From: Camelus dromedarius
Taxonomy: Eukaryota
Length of the DNA: 64,000 nucleotides
Assembly (NCBI RefSeq): GCF_036321535.1
Contig: NC_087447.1
Location: 45,260,001-45,324,000 of the forward strand
Direction: 5' to 3'
A program made the translations under genes and the position numbers. The notes beneath the pieces were generated by a model, which did no database searches, was not told the DNA's origin, and saw only the letters and a program-made list of their open reading frames with translations. Below, in pieces: positions 35,404-47,101 of this stretch; positions within the stretch are counted from its first letter, which is position 1, and every line of letters begins with the position of its first letter.

Positions 35404-38257
35404 ATCATTCCCAGGGAGCAGGGACTTTGAGTTAGTCCATAAACTCTGATGGTATTTCTTCTGTGGGCAAAGTGGATTCAAAGTGTTGCCTACAGGCTTG
35501 AATCTGGATCACAAGACTTATCTTAACCCCTCCCCATCTCACACCTCATCAATGTATGTGTGTCTCTGTTTGTGCCCATGTGCATGCCATCTCTGGCAGA
35601 TATGATGATCTTGAGGGCAGAGATCATGAATTCCCTTTTCCTTTTCCTCTCAAAGCTCCCAGCAAAAAGCCTGGCAAATAATAAGTTAACAGTAAAGGCT
35701 TAAGACTTGATGATATTTGAGTTGAAATAAAACAAATTCTTGTTTAGAGGGGTCAGGCAGGAATTGTGTCTCCTCCAAGAAAAAGTCATCCTAGGAATAT
35801 GGTTTTGAGTAAGGTAAGTACATTTTCTGGTTTGTCCCAGATAATCATGATTTACACTTATTCTTCTCAGCATCACTATTAATAGCACTCCTTTCTCCTC
35901 TCAAAAACGTCCCTGTTTAAACAGTAAATTAATGCTAAACCTATTCATGAAGCAACCTCCTTCCTCTTATGTAAGGAACCAGACTCTTTCAACAACTCAC
36001 CATCTAAAAATCTCTACCCTCAGAGTTTATGTACTGGGAGATTCTGAGGATGAGGAATAGCTGAATAGATGGTGTCAGCTTAGGTGTCTAGTAAAATATG
36101 GCAAAGCCAGGTTTCAGATCCTAAGAATCCCAGGAAAAGCTCTGAATTCTGCTTTAGCAGAAACTTGGGTCCTATTTTTCTTAAGTCATTGTGGCTGGAA
36201 ATACTTGTTCCCCTCTCCTCCCATCCTTCAGCCTTCAGCCAGCTCACCACGCCATGCAGCAGGTATATTTTTACCTGTCCCTTCACCCCACCCCTTCTCT
36301 AGCTCTGTCAGCCTAGCTCTAGTGGGCACCGCTTGCTTCTGCCCGTGGCTGTCTGTGGTATCCCGGAAACCTTTGGTCAAATGGGAGAGTGTCCCCACAC
36401 CTCCTAAACAACACAGGTCTGTGTAGGGTGGATTGATAAGGCCGTGCTGGTCGATCAGTAACTGGTCTCAGATTTTAGCCTCTCTCACTTCAGGGCCTCC
36501 AGTTACAATGGGAGTGTTTTCCTCACCATGTGCTATTCTTCCAGACCTCATCTAGCACATCAGGGTCACCTTTACACAGGGAAATTTTTTAAGTACTCAA
36601 TCTGTTTAGGATAGTGATTGCTAAATTTTTGTGTATGCTATAAAACAGTTAATGAAAGAAAAAATAAACTATGTATCTTTTTATGCATTTTCAGATTGAC
36701 ATCAAAATTTTATCATAAATTTACATAGTCGTTGAGCATGCATTTTGGTATATAGTATAAATATAGTGAGTTTAAAATAAATTGTTATATCACATTTAAA
36801 AATAACTAATGGAAACTAAATATGATATTTTGATACTTGACATCATGGATTTAAAAATGCATGAACACATTCTTAAACATTCACATATTTTTATATCAAT
36901 CCCTTTTCTCCTTGAATCCAAATTTTTATTTTATCCCCACCAAAGAGTTTTTTGATCATGTAATATATTTTTCTGTTTGAAACAATTTTAATGATCACTC
37001 TGTCATAATACTTTTCAAAAAATGTATATAAATGTGTTTAAATTTGATGTTTAATAATTGATGACACATAGAGCATTATTTTTAAAATGTATTCTGCATT
37101 GAGTTATTTTCCTTTTTTTTTTGCATTGAGTTATTTCTCTAATGCTTATTAGTACATAATTAATCAAAACAACATAAGCATGACACAAATATTGATATAT
37201 TCAAAGTAAAATTTGATTGGCAATTCATCTCTTAATGAGCTGCATGAGCTTTTTTTTCTTGGAGCTGAAAATGAATATTATTTATTAATAGAATGAGACA
37301 TAGTTCAGCAGCAATTCTGTTCCTATTGACTTTCTCCCTATTCCATAATTGCTAATGCTGATATGTTTAATAACATAAATAAGATGATGATATGGGTACT
37401 GTTTTATCATTGCCCACTGCCATTTTTAATGCCTTTGGAATTAAAAAATAAAAAATAATATGACTATATACTTCAATTAAAAAATAATAATATGATGATG
37501 ATCTGTTTGGAACAATTATTTGAATGACCAATAAATCCATTGGATTCCTCTTTACTTTTGTTGAAAGCAATGAAATTGATACCATTTGTCTTACACTAGA
37601 ACATGTTACCTAGTCATTGGCATCATTTACTTCATCAAAATCTACGCCAATATTTCCCATGGTCCCTTTGGTATCTCAGAAATGTTTATCCTTTGGGGGT
37701 ATATCATGGAAAGAGGCAATGGCTTTAGGAACTATGAATATTCATTTGCTTTTTTTCCTTTTTTAAAATTAAATTTTATTTATTTTTTGGTTTAGTGAGA
37801 GAATGGGACTGTAAAAAGGAAGAAAAACGGTGTAACAAGAGACACAGTCAGACCAGATTCATTCTTATACAGCAATTTAAGCAAAGAAACTATATGGGCA
37901 TTGAATATCTAAAAATTTATTCCTTTAAAAGTATTTGTGCTCAAGCACTTCCAAAAATATTCTCTCATTTCTCTAGGACTGCATGTAATTAATTTATAGA
38001 CCACTAAATTAGATGTTCACCAATGACAACTTCTATAAAGCCAAAGTGACTTTCCTAGACAAAATCTGGTCGAATTTCACAGTCAAATATCAGAGAAGAT
38101 GATTTCTTCTGGACTGGTGCCCCAGGGACTTGGACTTACACATAAATATGCACTTCTGTCACTGAAAAGTGACCAATCATTTTCTTCATTTATTCAAGTA
38201 ATATTTTGAACTTTGGGGTGCATGTAACTTTTCATGTATCTTTTAGAGTTTCCTCAA

Positions 38258-38582
38258 GGATGGACCTGGAGATCATCATACTAAGTGAAGTAAGCCAGAA
38301 AGAGAAAGAATAATACCATATGATATCACTCATACATAGAATATTTAAAAAAAAAACCAAACCCACAAATGAACTTATTTGGAGAACAGAGACAGACTCA
38401 AATAGAAAACAAATTTATGGTTACTATGGTAGAAAAAGGTGGAGGTAGAGGGATAAACTGGGAGTTAGGGATTGGCTGATACAAACTAGTATATAATAGA
38501 TGAACAACAAAGTTCTACTGTATAGTACAGGGAACTATATTTGAAGCCTTGTAATAGCCTATGATTAAAAAAATACAAAAAG

Positions 38583-38620
<38 letters not shown>

Positions 38621-38687
38621 GAATCACTATGTTGTACACCAGAAATTAACACATTGTAAATCAACTATACTTCAATTAAAAAAAAAT
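38258..38687 (+). mobile_element. L1 3' end (ORF2 end, 3' UTR, A tail)
   Basis: ggatggacctggagatcatcatactaagtgaagtaagccag...gggataaactgggagtt...tgtaaatcaactatacttcaattaaaaaaaaa. Confidence 0.85.
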
Positions 38688-39370
38688 CTACATTGATTCT
38701 GATATTGGCCACCTGTACTATGAGTTCAATAATCAGAAATTGTAACCAAAATGATGGCTTCCTTTCAAACTGGTATTTCTTAGAGAACCTACCTGGTTTC
38801 CACAAAATAATCTTTATGATCATTAAGGCCATATCCCATCTATCAGAACCTTTTCTAGTACAAAATCCATGATTCCAAAGGGAACTGGCTAAGAATCTGA
38901 ACCACATTAATAGCATTAAGGTTAAAAAGAAAAAAAAAACAAAAACAAAAACACAGCCTGTTGTGGTCAGAAAAATGAGTTCCTGTTCCCACAAATGTTA
39001 TCAGTAGATCCTTGAAGTTTTAGTTCTAAATACTAGGGGTCTCTGGCAAGGCAGGAGGCTTAATCTAGCTATGGGGGCTCTTACTGTCTCACCCCAGTCT
39101 TTAGCCTCTTTGCATGTGTTCATCTGGTCTGTTGAACTCACGCTGGGCATTGATTAGGCAATCTGAGCTGAAAAGCTGTTGATCTCAGCTGGATAGTTCA
39201 GAAACTTGATCTGTATCCATCTTCCCTCAGATAATTCTACTCTTTTTCAAGAGACAGAGAACACACATACCCACTGTATGAGCCCGAGAAATGGAGTTTA
39301 CCTGAAGGTCTCAGTGGAGCTGCCTAGGAGAATGGCTGGTGGGGGCAACAACTAAGGGTTTCATTCATCT

Positions 39371-39424
39371 CATTTCATTTCATTTCATTTCATTTCATTT
39401 CATTTCATTTCATTTCATTTCATT
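39371..39424. repeat. (CATTT)10+ pentanucleotide repeat
   Basis: Ten perfect CATTT units at 39371-39420, about 320 bp past the OR51Q1 stop. Confidence 0.95.
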
Positions 39425-39742
39425 ATTTAACCAAACCCATGAGAGAGAAAAGTATCTAGAAAGGAAGAAAAAATTTAAACAAACTTTTACTCAGTCAATG
39501 ATGCTTATCTCACTGGTTGGTAAATGTGCATGAATTTAATCAACTTGGACCCACAACTCTTTTGGATAGAATATTTGCTGCAGGCACCTCCCCAACAAAA
39601 ATATAAAAAAGCCTAGTTCATGTCAAACTGTGCTAAAAGTGTAATGGGATTTTATTTTTCAGTCTGCGTTTCCCAAATCTGACTACACTACCCCTATAAA
39701 ACTATGCTAATGATTTCTGAGTAATTTAATAAATTCATTCCT

Positions 39743-40696
39743 TTATCTTAAATGCTTGTTTCTTTGGGAAAAGAGGCGGATCATTCCCTGGCGGATCTGC
39801 TTGGTCTTTACACTGTAAATGATGGGGTTCATCACAGGAGGCGCCAACACGTAGATATTGGCCACGATAACATGAACCAGTGGAGAAGCCTGCTTGGCAA
39901 AGCGGTGGGTCATTGACACCCCAACCATGGGCACGTAGAGCAACAGAACAGCCAGAATATGGGACAGACAGTTGTTGAGGGCCCTGAGTCTGGCAGTCCA
40001 GGTGGCTGAGCCCAAGATACTTTTCAGGATGAGTGTGTAGGAGAGCACAATGAGCAGAGGGTCCATCACAATAATGAGCAAAACCAGAGCAAACCCATAC
40101 CAGCTGTTGACTCGGATGTCAGCACAGACCAGACGAATCATATCCTGGTGGAGGCAGTAGGAGTGAGACAGGAGGTGGGAGCGGCAGAAGGGCAGGCGCT
40201 TGAGCAGGAGAAGGGAGGGGAGAACAGCCAGAACACAGCGACAGAGGATGGCAACCCCAATCCTGCCAATGACTTCACTGGTGAGGATGGTGGCATAGTG
40301 GAGGGGGTGGCAGATGGCCACATAGCGGTCAAAGGACATGGCCAGCAGCACGGAAGACTCCATGAAAGAGAATCCATGGAGGAAGAAGAACTGGGCAAAA
40401 CAGCCCTCAAAATTGATCTGACGGATGTCAAACCAGAGGAGCTGCATGACTGTGGGCAGGGTGGTGAGGGTGAGACCCAGGTCAGTCAGGGCCAGCATGG
40501 AGAGAAACAGGTACATAGGCTGGTGGAGGGAGGGCTCTGTGCCAATGACAGCGAGAATGGTGGTGTTGCCCATGATGGAGATGATGTAGAGGCAGCAGAA
40601 GGGGACGGAGATCCAGACGTGGGAGGCCTCAAATCCAGGGATGCCCGTGAGGATGAAGTAGAAGGGGTCTTGGGTGGTGGTAGTCACATCGGACAT
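39743..40696 (-). CDS. OR51Q1: Olfactory receptor 51Q1 (317 aa)
   Basis: From ATG 40696: MSDVTTTTQDPFYFILTGIPGFEASHVWIS...HQDMIRLVCADIRVNSWYG...RALNNCLSH, matching recalled human OR51Q1. The ORF is intact. Confidence 0.94.
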   Translation of the reverse strand: MSDVTTTTQDPFYFILTGIPGFEASHVWISVPFCCLYIISIMGNTTILAVIGTEPSLHQPMYLFLSMLALTDLGLTLTTLPTVMQLLWFDIRQINFEGCFAQFFFLHGFSFMESSVLLAMSFDRYVAICHPLHYATILTSEVIGRIGVAILCRCVLAVLPSLLLLKRLPFCRSHLLSHSYCLHQDMIRLVCADIRVNSWYGFALVLLIIVMDPLLIVLSYTLILKSILGSATWTARLRALNNCLSHILAVLLLYVPMVGVSMTHRFAKQASPLVHVIVANIYVLAPPVMNPIIYSVKTKQIRQGMIRLFSQRNKHLR

Positions 40697-42564
40697 GACA
40701 GATGAAGAAAAAACCAGAATCTGTGTGTTCCATGATAAGATTTCCATCAGTGTGCTGCTGCCACAGAGACATCTACTCAATTTGCCTCTAACTTAAGGTC
40801 TTAAATATGTGTCTAGGATTGCTTTTCTAACATCACAGAAGAATACAGCAGTCAGACCACTAACAACAGAGCTGTGGCTCTTTCTGCCACACATTTTCAT
40901 TTAAAATGACCTTATTTTTTCAACTTTCATATCTGACACTATGCACTAAAATTTAGCTTTACGCATCATGCATTCCTTGTAACACACTTCCCAGCAGCTC
41001 GTGTATATATGTATATGTACATATAAACCTTCACAGGTGCAATTTCTAACTGAAACTCCAAACAACTTTCTAGTAACCAAATCCAGATACAATTCAGTTA
41101 ATCTTTTGCTCAACATACAGACAAATAAGATTCTACTCACTGCTTCCTTGTAACCCACTGAATGGAACGATTACTGAGAAAGTGAAGGGTGGCTATGTCC
41201 AGGTGTCTTGTTTGAGCACTCTGTGATTGCAGTGGCAGCTGCTTTTATTTGGAGCATTAGAGTAGGCGGAGACTAAGAGAAAGATCACCGGTTTGGTTTG
41301 TGGTTGCTGAGTTTGATGTTCATAGGAGCTATCCAAGAGAAGTGACAATTAGGCAGATGACCAAAAGGCTCAAGAAACAGAGATGTCTACAAGGAGTTTG
41401 GGGAGCCTTTGGCACATTGGTAGGAGCTGAGAACCTAGAAGTTGATGTGATAATTTGGCTAGAGTGTAGGGTGAGAAAGGAAGGGGGTTGAGGAAAGGTC
41501 TATTAAAAGTGAAAAATTTATCAGCAGTGCAGATGTAAAAGAAACAGCAAAATAAACTGTGAAGGTCTGCTCATAGAAGTAGGTAGAAAACAAGGAAAAT
41601 GGGAGTCAGAGGATAAGAAGGTAAAGGGTGTGGTTATGACACTAGTGCTTCTTAGATACTCAGTAAAACACACAATCCTAAAAAGCACCCACTCAATTTA
41701 GGGATGTAAATGCCAGTAGTAACTTTTTGGAAAGACATTTCAATAGAGTGATGGGACAAGAAGCCAAATTGAAGTGGTCTGAGAAGCGGGTTAATATGAA
41801 GGACTGGAGACAGCTTCTGCAGACAAAGGGGAAGCTATCCTGCCCCCTAGGGGACAAGTGGAGACTTTTATTCTTTAAATGAATGAATATAACTTGAGTA
41901 AATGAATGGTAACCAATTTTGGGGGTATACTGAGAAGGAAAGCTGTGAATCTCCTTGTGAAAAAATACACAAAGTATTTAATGGGTTCCTAGGATTAATG
42001 GAGTCCACTCATACTCCCCCAAAGTGGCCAAAAATGCCAAACTAAGAATCCCTGAAAAATTATTAAACTCAAGAATTTAGAAAATAATATAAAATAAAAT
42101 TAGGAGAAATGGGAAAATGATGATGAAGAAAATAAAATTTTTTTCAGTTAGAAAAAGTTTTTAAAGATAAATATTCAAAAATGATGTCTTTGAATGGATC
42201 AATGTAATCTGAAACCCTCTAGCAAATCTGATCAAGAAAGAGAAATATAGGCAAACATTTAGAAATTAAATAGAATGAAAGAAGCAAAACTGTAGAGAAA
42301 TTGCAGAGGCCAATGGGAGGACTCAAATGAAATAATAAATAATAGGAATCAGAGTGTCCTCCAGGACTTAAGCAATAAACCAAAAGACGCGGCCAGAGCA
42401 GTTTTTTTTTTTTAAACTTAGCACTGAATGTTAATGGACTTGCTCAATATAGCTGAGGTATTAGAAACTTCTAAAATATTCCAAATAAAGAGCATGCTAG
42501 TCAGAGAGGTGTTTGGCCATTTGTAGAAGCATAAAGGAAAGAACATTTCAGACACAAATGGCGG

Positions 42565-42785
42565 TGTTACCTATTCAAGCACTCCTGGAGATGTCCAGAC
42601 CCACCTGTGTGCTTTCTTGTTCCTTCAGTGCTCTCTGCGGTTTCTATTCTCTGCTCTGTGGCTGAATGTGGTTTTATGCTCCTGAAGCTCCCAGGCTGGA
42701 ATGCAGGAGGTGGATGAAGAAACCTCGGAAAAATCTTACAGGAATATGATGGTTGTGTTCTGAGATCTGAGGCCCCAGGGGACAG
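42565..42785 (-). promoter_or_regulatory. Possible promoter / first exon of OR51Q1
   Basis: O/E-like GCCCCAGGGGAC near 42772-42783 and minus-strand donor TAG|GTAACA near 42570. Weak support. Confidence 0.3.
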
Positions 42786-43164
42786 AACCGGGAAAAATAA
42801 CAGTAATAATAAATATAATAGCAGCTAACGTTTACTGAGCGCTCAGCAAGTACCAACAACTGAGCTAGCTGACTCGTGGAAATGTGAAGATTTTGTTGGG
42901 CGATGTAGAAAAGACATAGCCCATTTTCTGGCAATTGTTTCTCAGTGATCATTGGTTCATTTCTGCTTACGACCACAAGAGAGGGACTATTATGTTACGC
43001 ATTGATGTTGTCATCTTGGATGTGACCAAACTCAGTTTTGATATGGCTTAAAGATTCTTGAAGCAAATATCCCAGATCTCTTGACAGAGTCAAAAGTCAG
43101 AGAGGCAAAATGGGATATTTCTCTCCATGTCTTACAGATATTAGCCTCAACATACATTGCATTT

Positions 43165-43563
43165 TCTGCTTTTTTCTTTTTTTCCTATTGAAGTATAGTT
43201 GATTTACAATGTTGTGATAATTTCTGGTATACAGCATAATATTTCAGTTATATATATATATATATTCCTTTTCATATTATTTTTCACTATAGGCTATTAC
43301 AAGATACTGAATATAATTCCCTGTGCTATACAGAAGGAACTTGCTGTTTATCTATTTTGTATATAGTATTGTGTATCTGCAAATCCTGAACTCCCAATAT
43401 ATCCCTCCACCTCTACACCCTTTCCCTCTTGGTAACCACAAGTTTGTTTTCTATGTCTGTGAGTCTGTTTCTATTTTGTAAGTAAGTTCATTTGTCTCAT
43501 TTTTTAGATTCCACATATGAGTGATATCATATGGTATTTTTCTTTCTCTTTCTGGCTTGTTTC
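43165..43563 (-). mobile_element. L1 3' end running into the assembly gap
   Basis: Antisense L1 3' UTR (gatttacaatgttgtg..., ttttagattccacatatgagtgatatcatatggtattt) ending at the N-run. Confidence 0.85.
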
Positions 43564-43751
43564 NNNNNNNNNNNNNNNNNNNNNNNNNNNNNNNNNNNNN
43601 NNNNNNNNNNNNNNNNNNNNNNNNNNNNNNNNNNNNNNNNNNNNNNNNNNNNNNNNNNNNNNNNNNNNNNNNNNNNNNNNNNNNNNNNNNNNNNNNNNNN
43701 NNNNNNNNNNNNNNNNNNNNNNNNNNNNNNNNNNNNNNNNNNNNNNNNNNN
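43564..43751. other. Assembly gap (188 N) at an L1 fragment
   Basis: N-run. Confidence 1.
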
Positions 43752-44313
43752 CTCAGGAAGAAGTATGTAGAGATAATTGATCTAGGGTTTTATATGTGAC
43801 TTTATTTAGATTGCACTTCTCTCCAGATAGTGGAAATCAGCAGCTGTTCAGGTGTTCACTGTGAACATCTCTTGTTTTCTACCACCAAAGGTACAGTGTT
43901 TCCTGCAAATACAGCTTATCTTTGTGATTCCTTCTATATCTGGCTTACTTGGCTTTTTGGAGCTTTTTTGGCTCCAGGGAAGATCTACCTCTACACCATT
44001 CCCATGACTTCAAAAGGGACATTATGTATATAGAACAGAATATAAATTTATAAACCTTGAAAATACAGAATTTAAATAACACAATTTAGTTGGGGATGTA
44101 GTATTACACACATTTGAGAAGTAGTCTTAAATGTATGATTACTTCCTCTTCAGTAGTTAAGGCTTAAATGACATAATTTAAAATTGAAAAATAAAGTATT
44201 AAAACTAACATTATACTTATAATTATACAGATAAAATTGTCAAAATTGATAATACCTGAAGCTGAGGTTATATAAAGAGTACAGAAGAGTTCTGTATCAT
44301 GTTCAATTTATAG

Positions 44314-44346
<33 letters not shown>

Positions 44347-45055
44347 AACATTTCCCTCCTAAAATGTTTTAAAAATAAGGTAGTAGGTAGTATTGGGAAG
44401 TCCAATTATTTCATTCATGTTTATAGTAAAAGATTAGTAGGTATTGTCTAAAGACAGAGAATATTAAATGTGTATCATTCTGTACGGCTCACAGGATATA
44501 GTGGATGGGAAAACAGTAACAGGAGGGAAGTTTTAAAATGTGAATTATAGAAAACATACAGATGAGTGATAACTGATTTTGCAAAGCAAGGAGATATAGA
44601 CCCTAATTGACTACAGAGGAACAAATAAACAAGAAGCTAAGAGAGGCTCACTCAGAAAGTGCCATTAATTTGAAGCATTTGGAACTTAGGAAGGCAGAGT
44701 GTGTAGGAATCAAAACTGGAGATTTCATGAAAATCAATGGGAAGATAAATTAGATGCAAAATTCACTCCTTCCTACCACACAAGCAAATGATTATTTCAC
44801 TCTAAAATTGTCAGATTGAATTTTATACACATTTTAATTGGGATATAATGTTCATAGATAAAAGTACCCACATTATAAAGTGAAAAGTTCAATAATTACC
44901 ACTAAATAAATTAATCTTACATCCTTAATCCAGATCAAGAAAAAAGCATTACTATGTCCCAATGGTCAATCTGGGTAGGTGTTCTATATGCACTTGAAAA
45001 GAGTGTGTAATACCTATGATTTTAGAAAAAAATCTCTTCCGACTTTGTCCTTTGT

Positions 45056-46009
45056 CTAAACTCTGGCTCTCTTCTCTGACAGCATTCGGGCAATGCCACG
45101 ATGGATTTCCTTGGTCTTAATGCTGTACACAATTGGGTTGACAACAGGTGGGAGGAAGAGGTAAGCATTGGCCATCACTGAATGCAGCAAAGGGGACACA
45201 TGACATCCAAAGCGGTGCACCATAGACAAGCTAATCATAGGCACATAGTAAGCAAGTACAGCACAGACATGCGAGCCACACGTGTTGAGTGCCTTCTTCC
45301 GTCTTTCCCCAGTGGTGATACTCAGTACAGTGTGGAGTATAAGCCCATAAGAGACCACAATGAGCAGCGAATCTAGCCCAAAAGTGGAGGTGACAATGAA
45401 GAGTCCATAGATATTGTTGATAGACGTGTCCCCACAAGGTAGATGGATAAGGTCGGGGTGGAGACAATAGGAATGGGAGAGGGCATTATGGCCACAGAAG
45501 GGCAGGTGCTGTAAAAGCATGGGCAATGGGGCCATGAGCATAATGCTTTTCAGCCCAATAATAGCTCCAGTGCCAAAGATGCGGGGCAGAGTTAGGATGG
45601 CTGTATAGCGCAGTGGGCTGTAGACAGCTACAAATCGGTCGACAGACATGGCCAGCAACACAGCTGACTCCATAATGGAGAAAGAATGGATGGGGAACAT
45701 CTGGAAAAGGCATGCGTCAGAACTCATCTCAGTCGTGCCAGAGAGGAAGACGCCTAGCACTGTAGGCAGGGTGGGTGCAGAGACACCAAGCTCAGCCAGG
45801 GCCAACATGGCAAGAAACAGGTACACGGGCTGGTGTAGAGCGGCGTCTGTTCTGACGACATGAAGAATGGTGCCATTCCCCAGGAAGATGATAATGTACA
45901 TCAGGCAGAAGGGGATGGATAACCAGATGTGTTCTGCCTCCAGCCCTGGGATTCCAACCAGAATGAACTTTGTAGGTAAGAACTCCAAAGAACTATTTGA
46001 GTTTTTCAT
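45056..46009 (-). CDS. OR51J1: Olfactory receptor 51J1 (317 aa, open frame)
   Basis: From ATG 46009: MKNSNSSLEFLPTKFILVGIPGLEAEH, matching the recalled OR51J1 N-terminus. All 7TM motifs are in one frame. Acceptor tttaattttcaag ends at 46042. Confidence 0.88.
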   Translation of the reverse strand: MKNSNSSLEFLPTKFILVGIPGLEAEHIWLSIPFCLMYIIIFLGNGTILHVVRTDAALHQPVYLFLAMLALAELGVSAPTLPTVLGVFLSGTTEMSSDACLFQMFPIHSFSIMESAVLLAMSVDRFVAVYSPLRYTAILTLPRIFGTGAIIGLKSIMLMAPLPMLLQHLPFCGHNALSHSYCLHPDLIHLPCGDTSINNIYGLFIVTSTFGLDSLLIVVSYGLILHTVLSITTGERRKKALNTCGSHVCAVLAYYVPMISLSMVHRFGCHVSPLLHSVMANAYLFLPPVVNPIVYSIKTKEIHRGIARMLSEKRARV

Positions 46010-47050
46010 GTTGGAATCTCTCTCCGTAAGATCAGTGCTACCTTGAAAATTAAAAACAAACCAGTGAGATGACATTATAATGGAGAAAGATCACTGGGCA
46101 TGAGGAAAGAGAAGGAGAAAACAAAGGTCACAGACTCAAGGGGCCAAAAATCTCATGCCTGAAAATTGACAGATGACCTCCATCAGGAAATCCCCAGTTT
46201 TAAGGGGGGGTTACAGTCTCCATCAGAAGGAAGTTCAAGGCTAGTAGAAAATTATTGCTGTAAATTATAGTGTATTTTGAATCTGGCAAGAGAGAAATGA
46301 CTGCCCTATCTTGGTGTGAAAATGCCTGACCCTAGAAAGCTACTGGGAGACAGGCATGTGTGGACAATCTCAGTGTCAGATATGGAATAATGTCAAGAAT
46401 AGATGAACAGAGGTATTATTGGTAAATATATAGATATAAGGCAAAGAGCCAGTATATAAACCACTAAAAATACCTGATAAGCAAATATGGATATACAAAT
46501 AATTGAAGTCCAAAACAAGACTGAGAAATAGCAGTGACCCAGAATCTGGAGCAAGTGGCTGAAAAATTAAACTAGAAAAGAATAGAGCTCAGATCCTCAC
46601 TGGCTTTGGCTATTCTGGGCTTTGAAAGGACAAGGAAGCACCTGTACAGATTATGTGTAAAGGACAGAATGAGGTAGGGACCAAGGTCGGTAGATTTGTA
46701 TGTAGACTTTCAGGCTCATAAAAATATTCTGTCGTTGTGTGAATGCCATCCACAATCTCTCAATTCACAGTTCTCAGAGACAACCTACCTGCCCCACTGG
46801 GACTTCTTTCTGGCTCAGACACACCTCTGAACACACTGCAGCAACACTGGAAACCCAAACAGGCTTTAAGGAAGGTTCTCCTGGGAAGAAGAGAAAGGCA
46901 AGAGAAGGAAGGAGGAAATCACCTCTTTAAAATGGGCATATTATAAGCTGAGCATTTTCCATGTCAGCACAGGACTAGAATTTCAGCACAACAGAATTCT
47001 GAATTGACAAGTAGGAAGGTCCTCTGAAGGTATTTTTCAACTCATTCATC

Positions 47051-47053
<3 letters not shown>

Positions 47054-47095
<42 letters not shown>

Positions 47096-47101
47096 ACACA
47101 C
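47054..47101. repeat. (CA)n microsatellite, one interruption
   Basis: Direct reading. Confidence 0.93.

Noticed and set aside
39371-39424. Regular repeat as a CRISPR-like or satellite array
   Set aside because: It is a simple CATTT microsatellite with no spacers, in a mammalian context.
40148-40705. Long antisense ORFs over OR genes (also 8859-9362, 27440-27904, 34362-34769, 59842-60222)
   Set aside because: These are shadow ORFs expected from GC-rich OR codon usage on the opposite strand.
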